A DNA stretch of 64,000 bases from Camelus dromedarius (taxonomy: Eukaryota). How positions within the stretch are numbered: the first letter of the stretch is position 1; every line of letters begins with the position of its first letter. The position numbers and the translations under genes were made by a program. The DNA lies in the NCBI RefSeq assembly GCF_036321535.1, contig NC_087437.1, positions 120,468,001-120,532,000 of the forward strand. Reading direction: 5' to 3'. Under the pieces are notes generated by a model that saw nothing but the letters and a program-made list of their open reading frames with translations, was not told the DNA's origin and did no database searches. This document shows positions 11,530 through 23,879 of the stretch, one piece after another.

Positions 11530-13052
11530 GTAACACCAGCTCCCTTTGTCACTTTACTGGATTGGGGGCACAACTGGATGAACAAGACTTGCCTGTGTTA
11601 TGCTGTATCCCTCCCTGACGCACATAAACAAATTGAAAGTCATTGCTTCAAGGATTCACTTTCTTACCCTCATCCAAATGGAAAGGCGCAGTGTGCCCAG
11701 TGCTGTGCATAATTGTCTTTTCAAAAAAGGCTCGTAAATCAGATGTATTATTTCTCTGTCACAGTTTCATAGTTTCCATGGTAGGTTTTACGTGACTTAT
11801 TTTAATGTTTCTGTTTCATCTTTTATTATCTGTGGTCAAAAATAGCATATCTCTATTCTAAGATCCTGTGCACTCCCCGGGCTCCAGGCCCCCTCTTCTG
11901 CGGGTGCCCAGGAAGCTGGGCAGCCACCTTGCTGGGGTCTACACTCTGCAGGGTGAGCAGTGGCCCCAGATCTGATGGCCTCACCCTTCAGGTCAGTGGA
12001 AGCTTGGCACAGGTGTACATGAGCCCCACCACCAACACTAGTTAGGATAATGTTTTAGACTCTTTACAGAGCTTTGTTCTGGTGTGTAGAAGCCAGCCTG
12101 CCTTTGCAGGAGTAAGGGGTAAGCCTGTTTTACTTGTCTGGGTTCTAATGTGCAACTTTACCCCTTCCCCCTAAGCCATGTAATAGCTTGCTTTGATTAA
12201 CTGCCTTTACTCCACTAAACATGTTTTGAGTAGGATAGCAGAGCAAAATATTTTTAAATTACATTCAAAGTAACAACCAACAGCTTTAGTGGAGGAAGAA
12301 AACAGATGTACAGGAACACTTTCAAGTCTGGGAGTTCATGTAAGATGGGTGAGAAAGACTGAGTCTAGGTAAAGGCCAAGTTCTTACGTGAGTCACCAGC
12401 AGAGTTCTTCTGCTGACCCTCCCCAAGGCAGGTTTCTTCACAGACCCGCAGCTCGGAGTTCTCCCCGCAGGCGGGCCGGTGCATCTCAGCAGGCCGGGCT
12501 CTTCGCGTGCAAGTAGGGTGCCCTTAACCTTTGCGTCCTGCCGCCCTGCCTTTGCAGTGTGTCTCTGAGCCAGCCGAGGACAGGACGTCCTGGTCCACAC
12601 CCGGAGCCTTAACGCTGTGATAGTCCCCACTGTCTGCCCTCTGGCGACTCCCCCTCGCTGGCATCTGTGTTCCCATTATTTGGGGGATTCGGATGGAATC
12701 TCAATTTGTTAGAATATATTCTGAAAGCCAAGAAGTGTTGACAGCTAATGTATTTCTTCTGTAGGTCGTTTGAACTCATAACTAGAGATACTTATGTAAA
12801 CATGCAGCTTGAGCAAGTCTCAAAAGCATTTTAACTTGACACGATAGTCCAGTGAAATTGAGAATTTCACACTTGATAAAATCCAGATACTCAAGCACAC
12901 ACTTCTTAGAGGAAGTGACATTGAAAACTGATGGTGCAGGACCCCCACGCCCACCCCCCGGCCCGTGGGGAGAGGCGCAGGCCGTGATGCTGTTTCCCCC
13001 TGCTGGTACCACGTAATAACCCCCGTGTTTCTCCCCAACCCCGCCTTTGCAG

Positions 13053-13110
13053 GAGGAGCTAGCGAACACTATTTCCCAGCTCATCCATGTTGTTAACAAC
13101 TCAGAGGCCC
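13053..13110 (+). CDS. RRP1B: RRP1B exon 3 (58 nt)
   Basis: ttgcag|EELANTISQLIHVVNNSEA|GTAAGT. Confidence 0.95.
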
Positions 13111-14274
13111 GTAAGTCCTGGTGTTCTCCTGGCTTTCACAACCTCCCTGCTCGTCAGATTTGGTAACTTGCCTGAGAGATTTAGTCAGTGTTGCTGCTTC
13201 TCCTTCCTTCAGAGTTTCCGTTCCCAGTGGGCTAGCGTCACGTGAGCCTGGGCTGCTCATGTGTGATGTCGGGCGACAGACCCGTCCTTTGGGGAAAGCT
13301 GTTACATGTAGGTGCTGCCTCTGTGAGAGGTGAATGGAGGGGGTGTCTGGTGGAATGTCACACGTGACGTCTTCAAAGAAACATTTTGAGAAGTAACAGT
13401 TCTCCAGAGTTCTCAGATTCTGAGTTAACATGACATTCTTGGAGGCTGTGTGCGAATATGCCAGTGTTTGCAGCAGCCTCTAGGTGCCAGGTTACCCTTC
13501 TGAAGACCAGAGCTGTCTGAGGGCGTCGCTGGTAGTAACTGTAAAGTGACCCCATTTACCAAAAAGAATAAACAGGGAGAGGCTGATTGTCTCCAGCTCC
13601 TTCAAGCTTTGACTATTTACAAACGAAGAAAAAGCATCTATTTTGCTTAGCACTTCTCAGAACAAAACCATCCTAATGACCTTATCAACCCTCAGTGGTT
13701 CTCTAGATTTTAGCAGGGTCCCCGCTGACTAGTAAGGGACAAAATTCTACACGTGGAATTTACAATAGCTTTTCCTATATCAAGAAAGTTATGCAAGAAG
13801 AAATAGAGCAGAAAAACAAACTATTTTTGGATGAAAAAGTGCTAATTTCATGGCTCAGAAGAGAAAAACAGACTGTTTTGTTAGCGCCCCCCAGCTGACG
13901 CTGAGTGTGGGTCACCCAGGTGTTCATCGGGGTTGACGGCCTTGGGCTGACTGTTAGGAGAGACGGGGGGAAGGGGCCAGCAGCTGCGGCTCAGGGAATC
14001 TTTTGATTTTGATAGAAACATGACTTTGCAACAGATAAAGCAGAAGGCTCCGGGGAGCGTTCTAGGCGAGCAGTGGAACATGACCAGCCTCCCTGTCGTG
14101 ATAATGTGCTTTTATTTAAGTGGAACAGAAATTACTGAGCGTACTTAATTATTGACCAAGAACTCTTGAGAACAGTAAATAAATAATCCTGGTTTGTTCC
14201 TCTTCCTGACTTTCTTGCTATGTGGTGACGTGTTAACCTGAACCCCAGCATTCAGAGCCCTTTGTTCACTGCAG

Positions 14275-14360
14275 AGCACCTGTTCATTCAGACCTTTTGG
14301 CAAACCATGAACCGAGAGTGGAAGGGCATTGACCAGCTGCGCCTGGACAAGTTCTACATG
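14275..14360 (+). CDS. RRP1B: RRP1B exon 4 (86 nt)
   Basis: ctgcag|[35 protein letters not shown]. Confidence 0.96.
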
Positions 14361-14707
14361 GTGAGCCCCGGGGGCCTGCCCCCAGCTCGCCTCAGAGCTC
14401 GGGGCAGGAAAGAGTGTTGAGCGTCTTAAAAACAATGGAAAGGCTTATTTTTGAAGCAAAGCAAGTTCCAGGCTTGGTGTGACACCTATTATGTGATCAT
14501 CAGATCGCATTTGAGTATGTGCTCAAAGGTATATGAGTTTCGGCCTCCTTAGTTAACATTTTTTGATTTAGAAGTTAAATGTGATTATTGTGGAAATTTT
14601 TTCACTTTTGGGATCCAGGCTCTGTGAGCTTCCCTGGTCTCCCCACTCTGCTGAGCTGAGCCATGTTTCTCACTTTCCCCTGTGTAACAAATGCTGTCTG
14701 TCTCTAG

Positions 14708-14769
14708 CTGATCCGTCTGGTTCTGAGGCAGTCCTTTGAAGTTCTGAAGCGAAACGGCTGGGAAGAAAG
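14708..14769 (+). CDS. RRP1B: RRP1B exon 5 (62 nt)
   Basis: ctctag|LIRLVLRQSFEVLKRNGWEE|GTTGGT. Confidence 0.95.
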
Positions 14770-15083
14770 GTTGGTGAACTATTTGGGTTAGGTGTCGGCG
14801 GCCCTAAAACCTTTAAGGTGATAGTGTGTTTTCCAAGTCTTTCAGTTAATCAGCAAGTTTGAATTGCCTGATCTGTGCTTTCCACTCTGGGTATTGAGGG
14901 CAGAGCATCCTTCCACGTAAAGAACTTAGAATCCAGCAGTCGGCATTTTACACTGGTTTCAGGGATTGCCTTTCTCCTTGTCAAACTGTTCCAGCCTCGC
15001 CTTGCCTGTTAAGGAGTCTGAATGTTGCTGTTTTCTGTGGGGGGTGCTGTAGTGACTGGCACCATGTGTCTTGTTTCCTTTAG

Positions 15084-15213
15084 CCGAATCAAGCTATTTC
15101 TGGACGTCTTGATGAAGGAGATCCTGCGTCCCGAGAGTCAGTCTCCTAACGGAGTGAAGTTCCACTTCATTGACATTTATGTGGATGAACTATCCAAAGT
15201 GGGAGGGAAGGAG
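15084..15213 (+). CDS. RRP1B: RRP1B exon 6 (130 nt)
   Basis: ctttag|SRIKLFLDVLMKEILRPESQSPNGVKFHFIDIYVDELSKVGGKE|GTAAGA. Confidence 0.96.
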
Positions 15214-15884
15214 GTAAGAAGTGGTCAGATGCCCTGCGCAGAGAATTCGGTAACGTGAGGAACTGCTTGTGATGCTGAGTTTGTAAAAAGCAGAAGGAAA
15301 AAAGGCAGTAGGCAAAGCTGGGGAATAGTGTGACTTTTCTTAAAGCACATGTTCCTGTGTGAACAGACGAAGGCTGGAAAGGAAACGCGTTTTTTAGCCT
15401 GCGGGTGGTTATCTGAGTTTGGGATTGGAAGCAATGTTTACTTTTTTCTTTCATAAGTTTTTTTTTTTAATTGAAGGATAGTCAGTTACAATGCGTCTTA
15501 CAGGTGCTCTGCAATGAACGTGTATGTTTTTAATTTAAGTGCAATGTCATTCTTTTAATTCCTTCCTCTTAGTTTCTGTAGCATCCATATAGATCTGCCC
15601 CACAGAGGAGGGCCATGTGCGGGGTCATGGAGCAGAGCGGTGTGGGCTGGGCTGCGCAGTGTCGTCTGGCCCCTGCGCTGAGTGGGTGGAGGACCTTTAG
15701 CTCCAGGCCTGGCCCCAGGCACCTGGAGCCTCAGGCAGAGTGCATTTTGGGTGCAGTGCAGTGGTGTTGGTCTGATAGCTTTTGTGAAAACAGCAGGTGG
15801 TTCCCTTTGCAAGGGCACATCAGAAAGGAGAAACTGCTCTCTTCCCCCGCCCCCATATTTTTCTTTCCTGTTTCTAAATTACAG

Positions 15885-15949
15885 CTCTTGGCAGATCAAA
15901 ATCTCAAGTTTATTGATCCATTCTGCAAAATCGCCGCCAAGACTAAGGA
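15885..15949 (+). CDS. RRP1B: RRP1B exon 7 (65 nt)
   Basis: ttacag|LLADQNLKFIDPFCKIAAKTK|GTAAGT. Confidence 0.95.
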
Positions 15950-16060
15950 GTAAGTGATGCACGTGTTTGTTTTTACTGCTTCGTTTGGCACTTAATTGGG
16001 TGAGATTATAGGTAGGACATGATGCAAGGTACCTAGTATTACCCAAAGCTAAGAACAGCT

Positions 16061-16149
16061 CTTTTTTTTTAATGGTGGTACTGGAAGTTGAACCCAGGAC
16101 CTCATGCATGCTAAGCATGCACTCTACCACTGAGCTGTACCCACACCCC
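16061..16149 (-). mobile_element. tRNA-derived SINE (Vic-1-like)
   Basis: Reverse strand gtacagctcagtggtagagtgcatgcttagcatgcatgaggtcctgggttcaac with A/B boxes and A tail. Confidence 0.88.
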
Positions 16150-16490
16150 AAAAAAACAACTGAATTCCTAATTCCCATCAGCAAGGCATTTGAAGAACCA
16201 AGAGTTTGACTTCCCTAGCGGGTTGGCCCCAGTCATTCCGGGAGTCACAACCCGACCCCCACGCCCAGAGCTCGGTCTGCCATCCCTCCCCCCGCTGCAT
16301 CACAGGTAGTCAGCTGGCTCCTCGTGGCTACAGTCGGTTGGTGGAGAGTACGCTGATCACTTCGGCATTGGGTGGGCTGAGACTGGCCGTGCAGGGCCCC
16401 CCCCCCCCCAGCTTCTCACCCTCCGGTCCTGTGGGGGTCGGAGCCCAGGCCGGCTGTCTGACCACGCGCACGCTGTGCTCCCGCCCCCAG

Positions 16491-16672
16491 CCGCGCGCTG
16501 GCGCAGACCATAGCCCGGGCTGTTCTCCACGTCATCGTAGAGCAGTCTCCTCCTGTGCCTGGAGAGGCAGTGGAGGGCCAGAAACCTAAAGGCAGTGATG
16601 GTGGCCTCTCTGAGGAAGAGATACCTGAAAATGAGGCGACGTGGAGAAAACCCATCAGTAAAAAGAGAAGAG
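16491..16672 (+). CDS. RRP1B: RRP1B exon 8 (182 nt)
   Basis: ccccag|DRALAQTIARAVLHVIVEQSPPVPGE...EEEIPENEATWRKPISKKRR|GTGAGA; phases match neighbouring exons. Confidence 0.93.
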
Positions 16673-18121
16673 GTGAGAGGAGTTCCTTGAGTGGTCTTTT
16701 TTAGGTGAAGTTCTTGTCAAACCGACCCTTTTTAATGCATGTGTTGGGGTCTCACTGGCCACACCCTAGAATCCATCAGAGGTGGCTCTGCCTGGGCCCC
16801 ACCCGAGAGAGGAAGCAGGGGAGTGGTTGCTCAAGGCCTGGTCCCAACCAGGGCCCGCGCACATTTCTGTATCTCCTAGTGTCGCAGCACTTTCTTTGAG
16901 GGTTTTACTTCCGTTGTCGTTGCTCTGGGGTTTTTGTGGTTTCTCTGTTTCAGCTTTGCTGGTGCGATGTGGACTCGTGTCTGTAAGAGGGCCCGTGCCG
17001 GAGAGCCGATTTACAGTTCCGGTGGGGAGCGCTCACGTGCTTCCGGAGCTCTCCTTTCTGATCCCCGAGTTCCTGGGGCTCTTTTTCTTTCCTGTGGGTG
17101 TGTAACTCCCGCTGCGGACAGACGTTGTTCTCAGCACCCTTTCACACCCACGGGGATTGTGTGGGGCTTGCATTAGTTTTCACAAAGTAACAGCCAGCGA
17201 AAATTTAATTTTTAAAAAATTTTTAAAGCAGGACACAAATCTCTGTAGAAGGTGCCTGATTTGTTTTAAACATTTATGTTTAGACATGGTGTGTATGTGT
17301 CTGGAAGGATGTGTACCAAGATGGTGATGGTGAGCCCCGTGTGGCAAAACTGGGTGGTTTCTATTATCTTTGTACTTTTCTAAGTTTTCTACAATGATCA
17401 TATATTTTTAGTCAGGAAAAAAACAAACCTTTAAAAAAGAAAAGAAGAAATGTTCTAATTTTAAATTCAACGTGGGGACAGAATTAACTAACTGGCCCTG
17501 AGCAGATTCTGCGTTGTCTCTGTCTAAGCTGGAGGCATCCCCACTTTCCACGGGCGCCTCCGGAGACCCTCTCCTGGTGTCGTCTGCCAGGTGCTCGCAG
17601 GGGGCCCTCTGTCTCCTCCACGCCCTGCCCTGAGGCCACACTGCTGAGGGGCTGATAGATTCCAGAAACAGTACACCTTGAAGAAGCTGAGAGATTTCAT
17701 TAGTGGCTGTGTTTTAATGTTTGAATTATTTTCATGTTAAAATCAGCTTGTTGTGTTTCCCGAGGCGGCCACGCGGTGTCAGTGCACTGCTGCACAGCGC
17801 TCACCGCGGCCCAGACCCACTGAAACCACTGGCCGAGCCCCTAACCCGGGAGTTCCCCCGACCACCTCTGCTGCACTCCACGGCAGGGGTTTGGTCTGGG
17901 GTAATCAAGAGGCAAGATGTGCAATTTCTCTCAGGTTTTTTTTTTTAATGTCTAGAGGCTGAAAAACCAAAACATCTTTGGGAAATTCTAAATGTATTTG
18001 CAGGGTTTTCTCTGTAAACGGATGCTCTTTTTTTCCCTGAGACACTTAATTGGACAGTAGCTCGTTTGAGAGTAGCCATTGCTGTGTATTTGAAGAATTG
18101 TGTCTGTGGCTGTTTTGATAG

Positions 18122-18216
18122 CCCCGTGCAAATATCACCCCAAAAAAGAGGGAGCCAGCGATGAGGGTGCCGTGGCCGGTGGAGGAAGCGGGGAGGACGG
18201 CGGGCTGCCCCTCCAG
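18122..18216 (+). CDS. RRP1B: RRP1B exon 9 (95 nt)
   Basis: tgatag|APCKYHPKKEGASDEGAVAGGGSGEDGGLPLQ|GTTGGT; restores the frame between exons 8 and 10. Confidence 0.88.
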
Positions 18217-18819
18217 GTTGGTGGCTCTTGTTACCTTTCATAGATGCGGGTTTGCTGTGGGGCCGCCTGGCTACTTGGGAACTGGGGTCAGAGCTAAGTA
18301 AGGCCCAGGTCTAATGTGTGAGGTTTTTTTTAAATCCCTTTGGTCACTGATGTCACTTCCTATAATGCGCTTATTGGAGACAAATTTAAATAGAATGAAG
18401 CTTTGAAAGGTATCAGTCCTCACTGGCGTGAGTTGCTAAGATCTGCCCTGTCCCTCCAGCGAAGCCAGCTCGCTGGTGGTTTTCAAATAAAGAACGTTTA
18501 CTGTGTTACCAGGTGCAAACTGACAGAAAAGCACACCCAGGTACAGTTTATGTGGTGCGTTTACCGCAGCTCTCTCTTAGGGAAGAATAAATAGAGCAAA
18601 TAGAGACTAGCTTCTCCCAAGAATAAATAGAAGGACTTTTCCAAAGCTATCGCTCAGGCCCTGGGTTGGCAAGCCTCGGCGCGTGCGGGCTAGACCAGCC
18701 TGTAGCTGAGGGCGTCCAGGACCCCGTGCTGCGGGGTGTCTGTCGCCAGGGCGTGTGAAGTCCCAGGTCCGGCAGTGGCGCCATGCTGGGGCCGACCTTT
18801 GGTTTCTCTCCTCGCACAG

Positions 18820-18917
18820 TTTGACTACAAGGCCGTTGCTGAGCGACTCCTGGGAATCACCACCAGGAAGCACATCCCTCCCTTCAACAGGAAGCGCCTC
18901 TGCAGACTCATCAGGAA
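18820..18917 (+). CDS. RRP1B: RRP1B exon 10 (98 nt)
   Basis: gcacag|FDYKAVAERLLGITTRKHIPPFNRKRLCRLIR|GTAAGT. Confidence 0.95.
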
Positions 18918-19999
18918 GTAAGTGCGGGGAGGAGGCTGCACCTGGTCGTGGTCCGCGTTCAGGGCCGGCCCCCTGCTTCCCTCAGCATGAGACAGGCTGT
19001 CGCCGTGCGGACCTGTCTTCTTGGTCTTTCAGTGTTTCCGCCCACAGTCTCGGGACTCACGCAGGCAACCTGCAAGAGTCCGTGCGAACGGCCCCTCGAG
19101 GCCCTGCCCCTCGAGCTCCGCTCTGCAGGTGCCGCTCAAGTCGCGGCTCCGCTGTCCGTGAGGCGGGGGAAGGGCGTCTGTGGGCAACGTCTCCAGTCCA
19201 CAGACCGAGGCGCTGCGGCGTGGCCATGCTGTTCGGTGCTGTCTCTTGGCACAGGGTTGACATAGACAGCCCTTCGGTCCTACCCCCTGTCCCCAGTGTG
19301 TCCACCCCAAGTGCGGGCCTTCACGCCATCCCGACCGACGGGCAGTTCACCGCAGAGCCCTGGGCTCGCTGTGCCCGGTGACACGTAGCAGCTCAGTTTG
19401 ACCGCAGTCTGAGCAGGCACCGTCCTGAGCACTTGACATGAATTATTTCATGTCTGTAATTTCTCCATTTTACAAATGGGTCACGTGGCGCACAGGGAAT
19501 GTAACGGGCCGCCTGGGGTTGCGGCTTCCGGACACGGAGCAGCACTCAGGCCCGTGTGCTCCCCCGTCCTGCCCTGCGAGCCCCGCACCTCCCCACGCAG
19601 ACCGCCTGCACCCCCCTTGTTCCGACATCCCACAGTGTATGGCGCAGGACACTCTGGGCTTGTCTCCACTTGGCGAGCGGAGACCTGAATGTAAGTAGAG
19701 GCCTGAGCTCCTTCAGTCTGAGGAATAAAAAGAAATTTCGGCTTCTTCGGTTGTATTCGGGTGCGCCGAGACGGACTCTACGTCACCACGTCGTCAGGGA
19801 TGCTGTGCCACTTGAGGGTGGGTTTGTCCTTCATTTGTGGCCTTCGCATCACACCACCTCTTCAGCCTGCTCTTCGAGAAGAAAGGAACATGAACTAACA
19901 AACTCCCAATACCAGCTTGCATTTTAAAAGTTCAGTGCACGTGTTTGTAGGAGACAGAAAGACATGGTTTCTTTAGGACACCTTTGTTCTCTTTTTCAG

Positions 20000-20019
20000 A
20001 TTCCAAGATCTGTCTGAAG
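20000..20019 (+). CDS. RRP1B: RRP1B exon 11 (20-nt microexon)
   Basis: ctttttcag|ATTCCAAGATCTGTCTGAAG|GTGAGG = (K)FQDLSE; needed to keep the frame. Confidence 0.92.
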
Positions 20020-20817
20020 GTGAGGAAAATCAGGACTGTAACTGGTGATGTTACGTGAGCATGGACCCCACTGAGGGCATTTATGCCAAATATTGACAAA
20101 CAGGATTGGAAGACGTTCATTGAAAGCATTAGAAATAGTGAAAGCCCATCAGTCCCACCACCGGCTGCTCAGCTGAGCGGGAGCCTCGCAAGAACATGGG
20201 GTCCCACCTTCTCCAGGCCACCCACCCCCGCCCTGCCCCCGGGACCAAGGCTGAGCCAGACGGGGCCTCTCCCCGCCAGTGCCAAGACGGGGATAAACTC
20301 CGGGGACAGGGAGTTGACAGGAGGATTCCTTCCACCCTGGGAAGGATCCGTTGTGATCCTTCACGAAGAAGGAGGGTTGATGTCTCAGAGTCCCTTTCAC
20401 TTGCTGTTGGGATCAGTTGTCCCCCTGGGGAGCTGCTGCCCATAAGCTTGGTTACATGTGACCGAGTAGGTGAATCCACTGCTCCCCCACCCTCCCTTGT
20501 GCTCCTGGGGTGCTTGAAATGCGGAGAGCACCCAGACCTCACTGGACGGTGGGAACGGCGTGGCCGAGCTCCCGGGGTGAGCTGTAGAGGTGCCACCCGA
20601 GGTCTGCATGTCTGTCCCCACCTCGGACGAGGAAGCCACTGGCCTTTAGGTCCATAGTTCCTGTTCAGCAGCCTTCAGGATTGGGTTGGAGAAGCCATGA
20701 GGCCCAGCAATGTGGTGGAAGTCAGCGCTAAAACCTGCCTGCATGCAGGGGGCGGGCTTGTGATCCCGGACACAGCTGTGAAGGGCCTGAGAGCTGACCA
20801 CATGCTTTGGTGTCCAG

Positions 20818-20949
20818 CAGGCAGTATCTCTCAACTCAGTTTTGCTGAGGACACATCTGCTGACAAAGATGACCAGGCCCTCAGTCAAGGAAGGTGTAAG
20901 AAAAAAGGAAAGAAACCTGTGGAGAAAGCGGGCGTGGAAGGAGAGGGAG
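20818..20949 (+). CDS. RRP1B: RRP1B exon 12 (132 nt; 129 nt if the second AG of the CAGCAG acceptor is used)
   Basis: AGSISQLSFAEDTSADKDDQALSQGRCKKKGKKPVEKAGVEGEG|GTGAGC. Confidence 0.9.
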
Positions 20950-21484
20950 GTGAGCCTCCGTGTCCGTGTGGGGAGCCAGTCAAGGGGCGGGCGTCCCTTC
21001 TCATCTTCCCGGATCGTCAAGGAGCAGAAGCCTCCGCCCTGAGCTGCTGAGACGTTATGAGGCTTGCCAGGGGTTGGCTACTTTCTGTGGACCCACATTC
21101 CAGCCTTCCTAACCTGAAAACATTTTTTCACTCCTGGTGGCATCTTTGGGGGCAGTGGGTGAGGACGTGCAGGGTGCTGGAAAAACACTGCCCTTCGGGA
21201 CATTTGTTTTATTACTGCCCTGGATCTGAGCCTGGAAATTACTAGGAATCTGAAGACTATTTCAGGTCCTTTTATATCAAAATAGGCTTTAGGAAGGTTT
21301 CCAGTCACAGTGGGGGGACCAGATGAGGGAGCCTGTAGGGTTCCAGTGCGCGGAGGAGGGTCAGAGCCTCCCGGCAGGAGGCAGAGGCTGCGTCTGCCCT
21401 CACGCTGCCCCAGAGTTCCCGGCCAGGCCAGGCCCGCTGCCTTGGCGCTGGGGTGCGTGTTGATGGGTTTACATGTTTTCCTAG

Positions 21485-22176
21485 GAGCCAGGTTCTTTCC
21501 TGCTGAGGAAGAGGAGAGTGAAGGTGGGATTCCGAAGAGAAAGAGGAAAAAGAAGAAGAAGAACCACCTGCGGCCTGAACACTTAGGGGCCGGTGGTGAG
21601 GCCACGTGCCCAGAGCAGAATGGGAGTGGTGAGCCAGGGGCCTGGCCGGGAAGCGCCCAGAAGATGAGCCTGGCAGAGCTGGGGGCAGTGGCCGCACCTG
21701 GCGCCCAGGAGCGCAGTGGCTCAGAGCAGCTCTCCGTACACAGCAGGAGGAAACGACCAAGGAAGAGGAGGCTGGGGGTCCAGGTGGAGAGCGCCAGGTC
21801 GGCAGCGTCTCCTGAGGAGGGCTTGCCTCCAGGCGGTCCTGTTCAGGGACCAGCCCCCAGAGCCTCCCTGGCCAGTGGCGCCCCAGTCCTAAAGAGGAAG
21901 CGGACGCTCGGGGCTCCCCTGGTCAACGGCACTGTCCCCCCTACGCTAGCCTGGCCCCTGCCCCGGAGGGAGGGACCTCCAGCCAGCCCAGCAGATGGAG
22001 AGGACTGCCCTGCCACCCCACCCCAGGGCGGGAAACCGAAGAAAAAGAAGGGGGTGCCTAGCAGACTTGAATGCTGCAACCCGTCCACACAGAAAACCAC
22101 CATCCTGAAAAAGAGGAAGAAGATGAAAGAGATGTCGAACTTGGAGCACAGAGGAGCCAGGCTCATCCAGGCTCTG
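21485..22176 (+). CDS. RRP1B: RRP1B exon 13 (692 nt; low-complexity region with basic NLS/NoLS-like tracts)
   Basis: tcctag|GARFFPAEEEESEGGIPKRKRKKKKK...LEHRGARLIQAL|GTGAGG; lies within ORF 21310..22617. Confidence 0.93.
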
Positions 22177-23729
22177 GTGAGGCAGCCAGGCCGGGGCAGG
22201 GGTGCAGGGCCCTGGATGGGGCGGGCCGGGGCGCAGTCAGACCCCTGGGCCGGGGAGCCAGCAGTGCTCGTAACACCCTGCATCAGCGGTTACACAGTGG
22301 CCCATCTCAGCAGCTTGCTCCCCTCTGCTTCCTCCTCCCCCCACCTCCCCTCCCCCCACACCGGGCTACTCGCGCTGCAGAAGGAAGGAAGGAAGGGCCA
22401 GCATCGAGCTGGGAGAGGTGTCCCCATGGCCACACAGCCAGATGTGTGTCTCCATCAAACGCTGGTCTTGTCTTTCCTCTCCGACTCATCGCTATCCTGG
22501 GACCCCCCTGGCAGAAGCAGCAGCCCCAGATTCTCTTACCTCACTTACCTTTTTAACAAAAAGTTTTTTTCCACTTGGATCTCTAGAGCCAGATGTAAAC
22601 CAGGAACTGGACTCTGAATCTGCATTTCTGAGTGTCCCCTCTGGACAGGCAGTGCGTTTGTGCGGGTGGGGGGCAGACACAGTTTCCCTGGCCCTCCATG
22701 GCTGCTTCTGCCCCTCCTGGCAGAGTTGAGTAGGGGGGTCTGCAGAGCTGGGCGTCTGCTCCCTGGCCCCCCCACGGCATGGCCCTGACCCTGCCCACGC
22801 GTCTGTGTCCCCTGCTTGGCAGTGGTTACGACGCAGAGGCCTTTGTTTACAGAGCTCGTGGGGACCTGGTGAAACGCTGGTCCGGGCCTCACGGTGCAGG
22901 AGCCCTGGGTGGGGAGGCGAGTCACTGATGGTCAGTAGAAGGTCCGTCTGGGGATGCAAGCCTCCGTGGGGGCTCAGGGAGCCTCATCTGCGGCCCTCCC
23001 TGCCCTCCGCATGCCCTGTGTCACCGTCCTCGGCTCTGCAGCCTCTGCCCTTCAATCGCTGTTCACTTGACACTTTCTTCAGCAAGAGCATGGAGATGTT
23101 TCCTCCTCCATGTCTCATTCCTCAAGCCTCCTGGGGAGGGTTGGAGAGGCTGCTAAGTGAGTCACAGGGTTGAGGGAGGTTTTCCTTGCGAAGGGGCGGC
23201 AGGGCGTTCCGTGTCTGTGGCACCGTGGGGTCTGCAGGGGCCGCCGCTTCACGGGGCTCCCAGGGCCCTGAGGCCCCAGGACTGGCACGAGGTCTGCTGT
23301 GGGTGGTGGTCCGCTGTAAAACCCCCAGCGAACGTCCTTCATCCGCCCATCACGGGCCTGCAGAACTGATAGCATCATGCTGGCTCTTCCTGCCAGGCTT
23401 TCCATGGACAGTGTTGTCTTTGATCAGAAATGAGAAAGTGAGTCATTACTTAATAGGTGGCCTTTGAAAGGCAGAAATTTTCAGAACATGGGTGTAAGTC
23501 CGTAGATGAGTGAAAATGGGTTCTTGTGGCTGAGCCGCGGGGAGACTTCCAGCCCTCGGCAGGGTGCCAGTGTGCAGAGTGGGGTTTGTGCGCAAGGTCT
23601 GCACACAGTGTGCACCCACCTGGTACAAGAGAAGGGGGAGGGGTCTGAGATGCTCCAAGTCCTGTCTCCCACCCCTGTGCTGTCAGCTTCTGTGTGCAAG
23701 TGGCCCCACCCTCTTGCCCCTCCTCCCAG

Positions 23730-23879
23730 GGGAGCAGCGGGGCACTCAGCCCTTTGAAGAAGAAGCTGAGAACAGAGAAGGACTTCGTGAAGTTCGACGC
23801 CTCCTTCTGCCCAAAGCCCCTGTTCTTCAGGAAGGCCAAGGGCAGCACTGCCACCACCTCGCCGGGCGCCCCCCTGCAG
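23730..23879 (+). CDS. RRP1B: RRP1B exon 14 (150 nt)
   Basis: tcccag|GSSGALSPLKKKLRTEKDFVKFDASFCPKPLFFRKAKGSTATTSPGAPLQ|GTACCC. Confidence 0.94.

Noticed and set aside
16061..16149. tRNA-gene-like A/B box sequences here and at seven other sites
   Set aside because: A-rich tails, TSDs and diverged stems identify them as SINEs, not tRNA genes.
21310..22617. 435-aa ORF as an independent gene
   Set aside because: It is RRP1B exon 13 plus open intronic flanks; the splice sites at 21485 and 22176 explain it.
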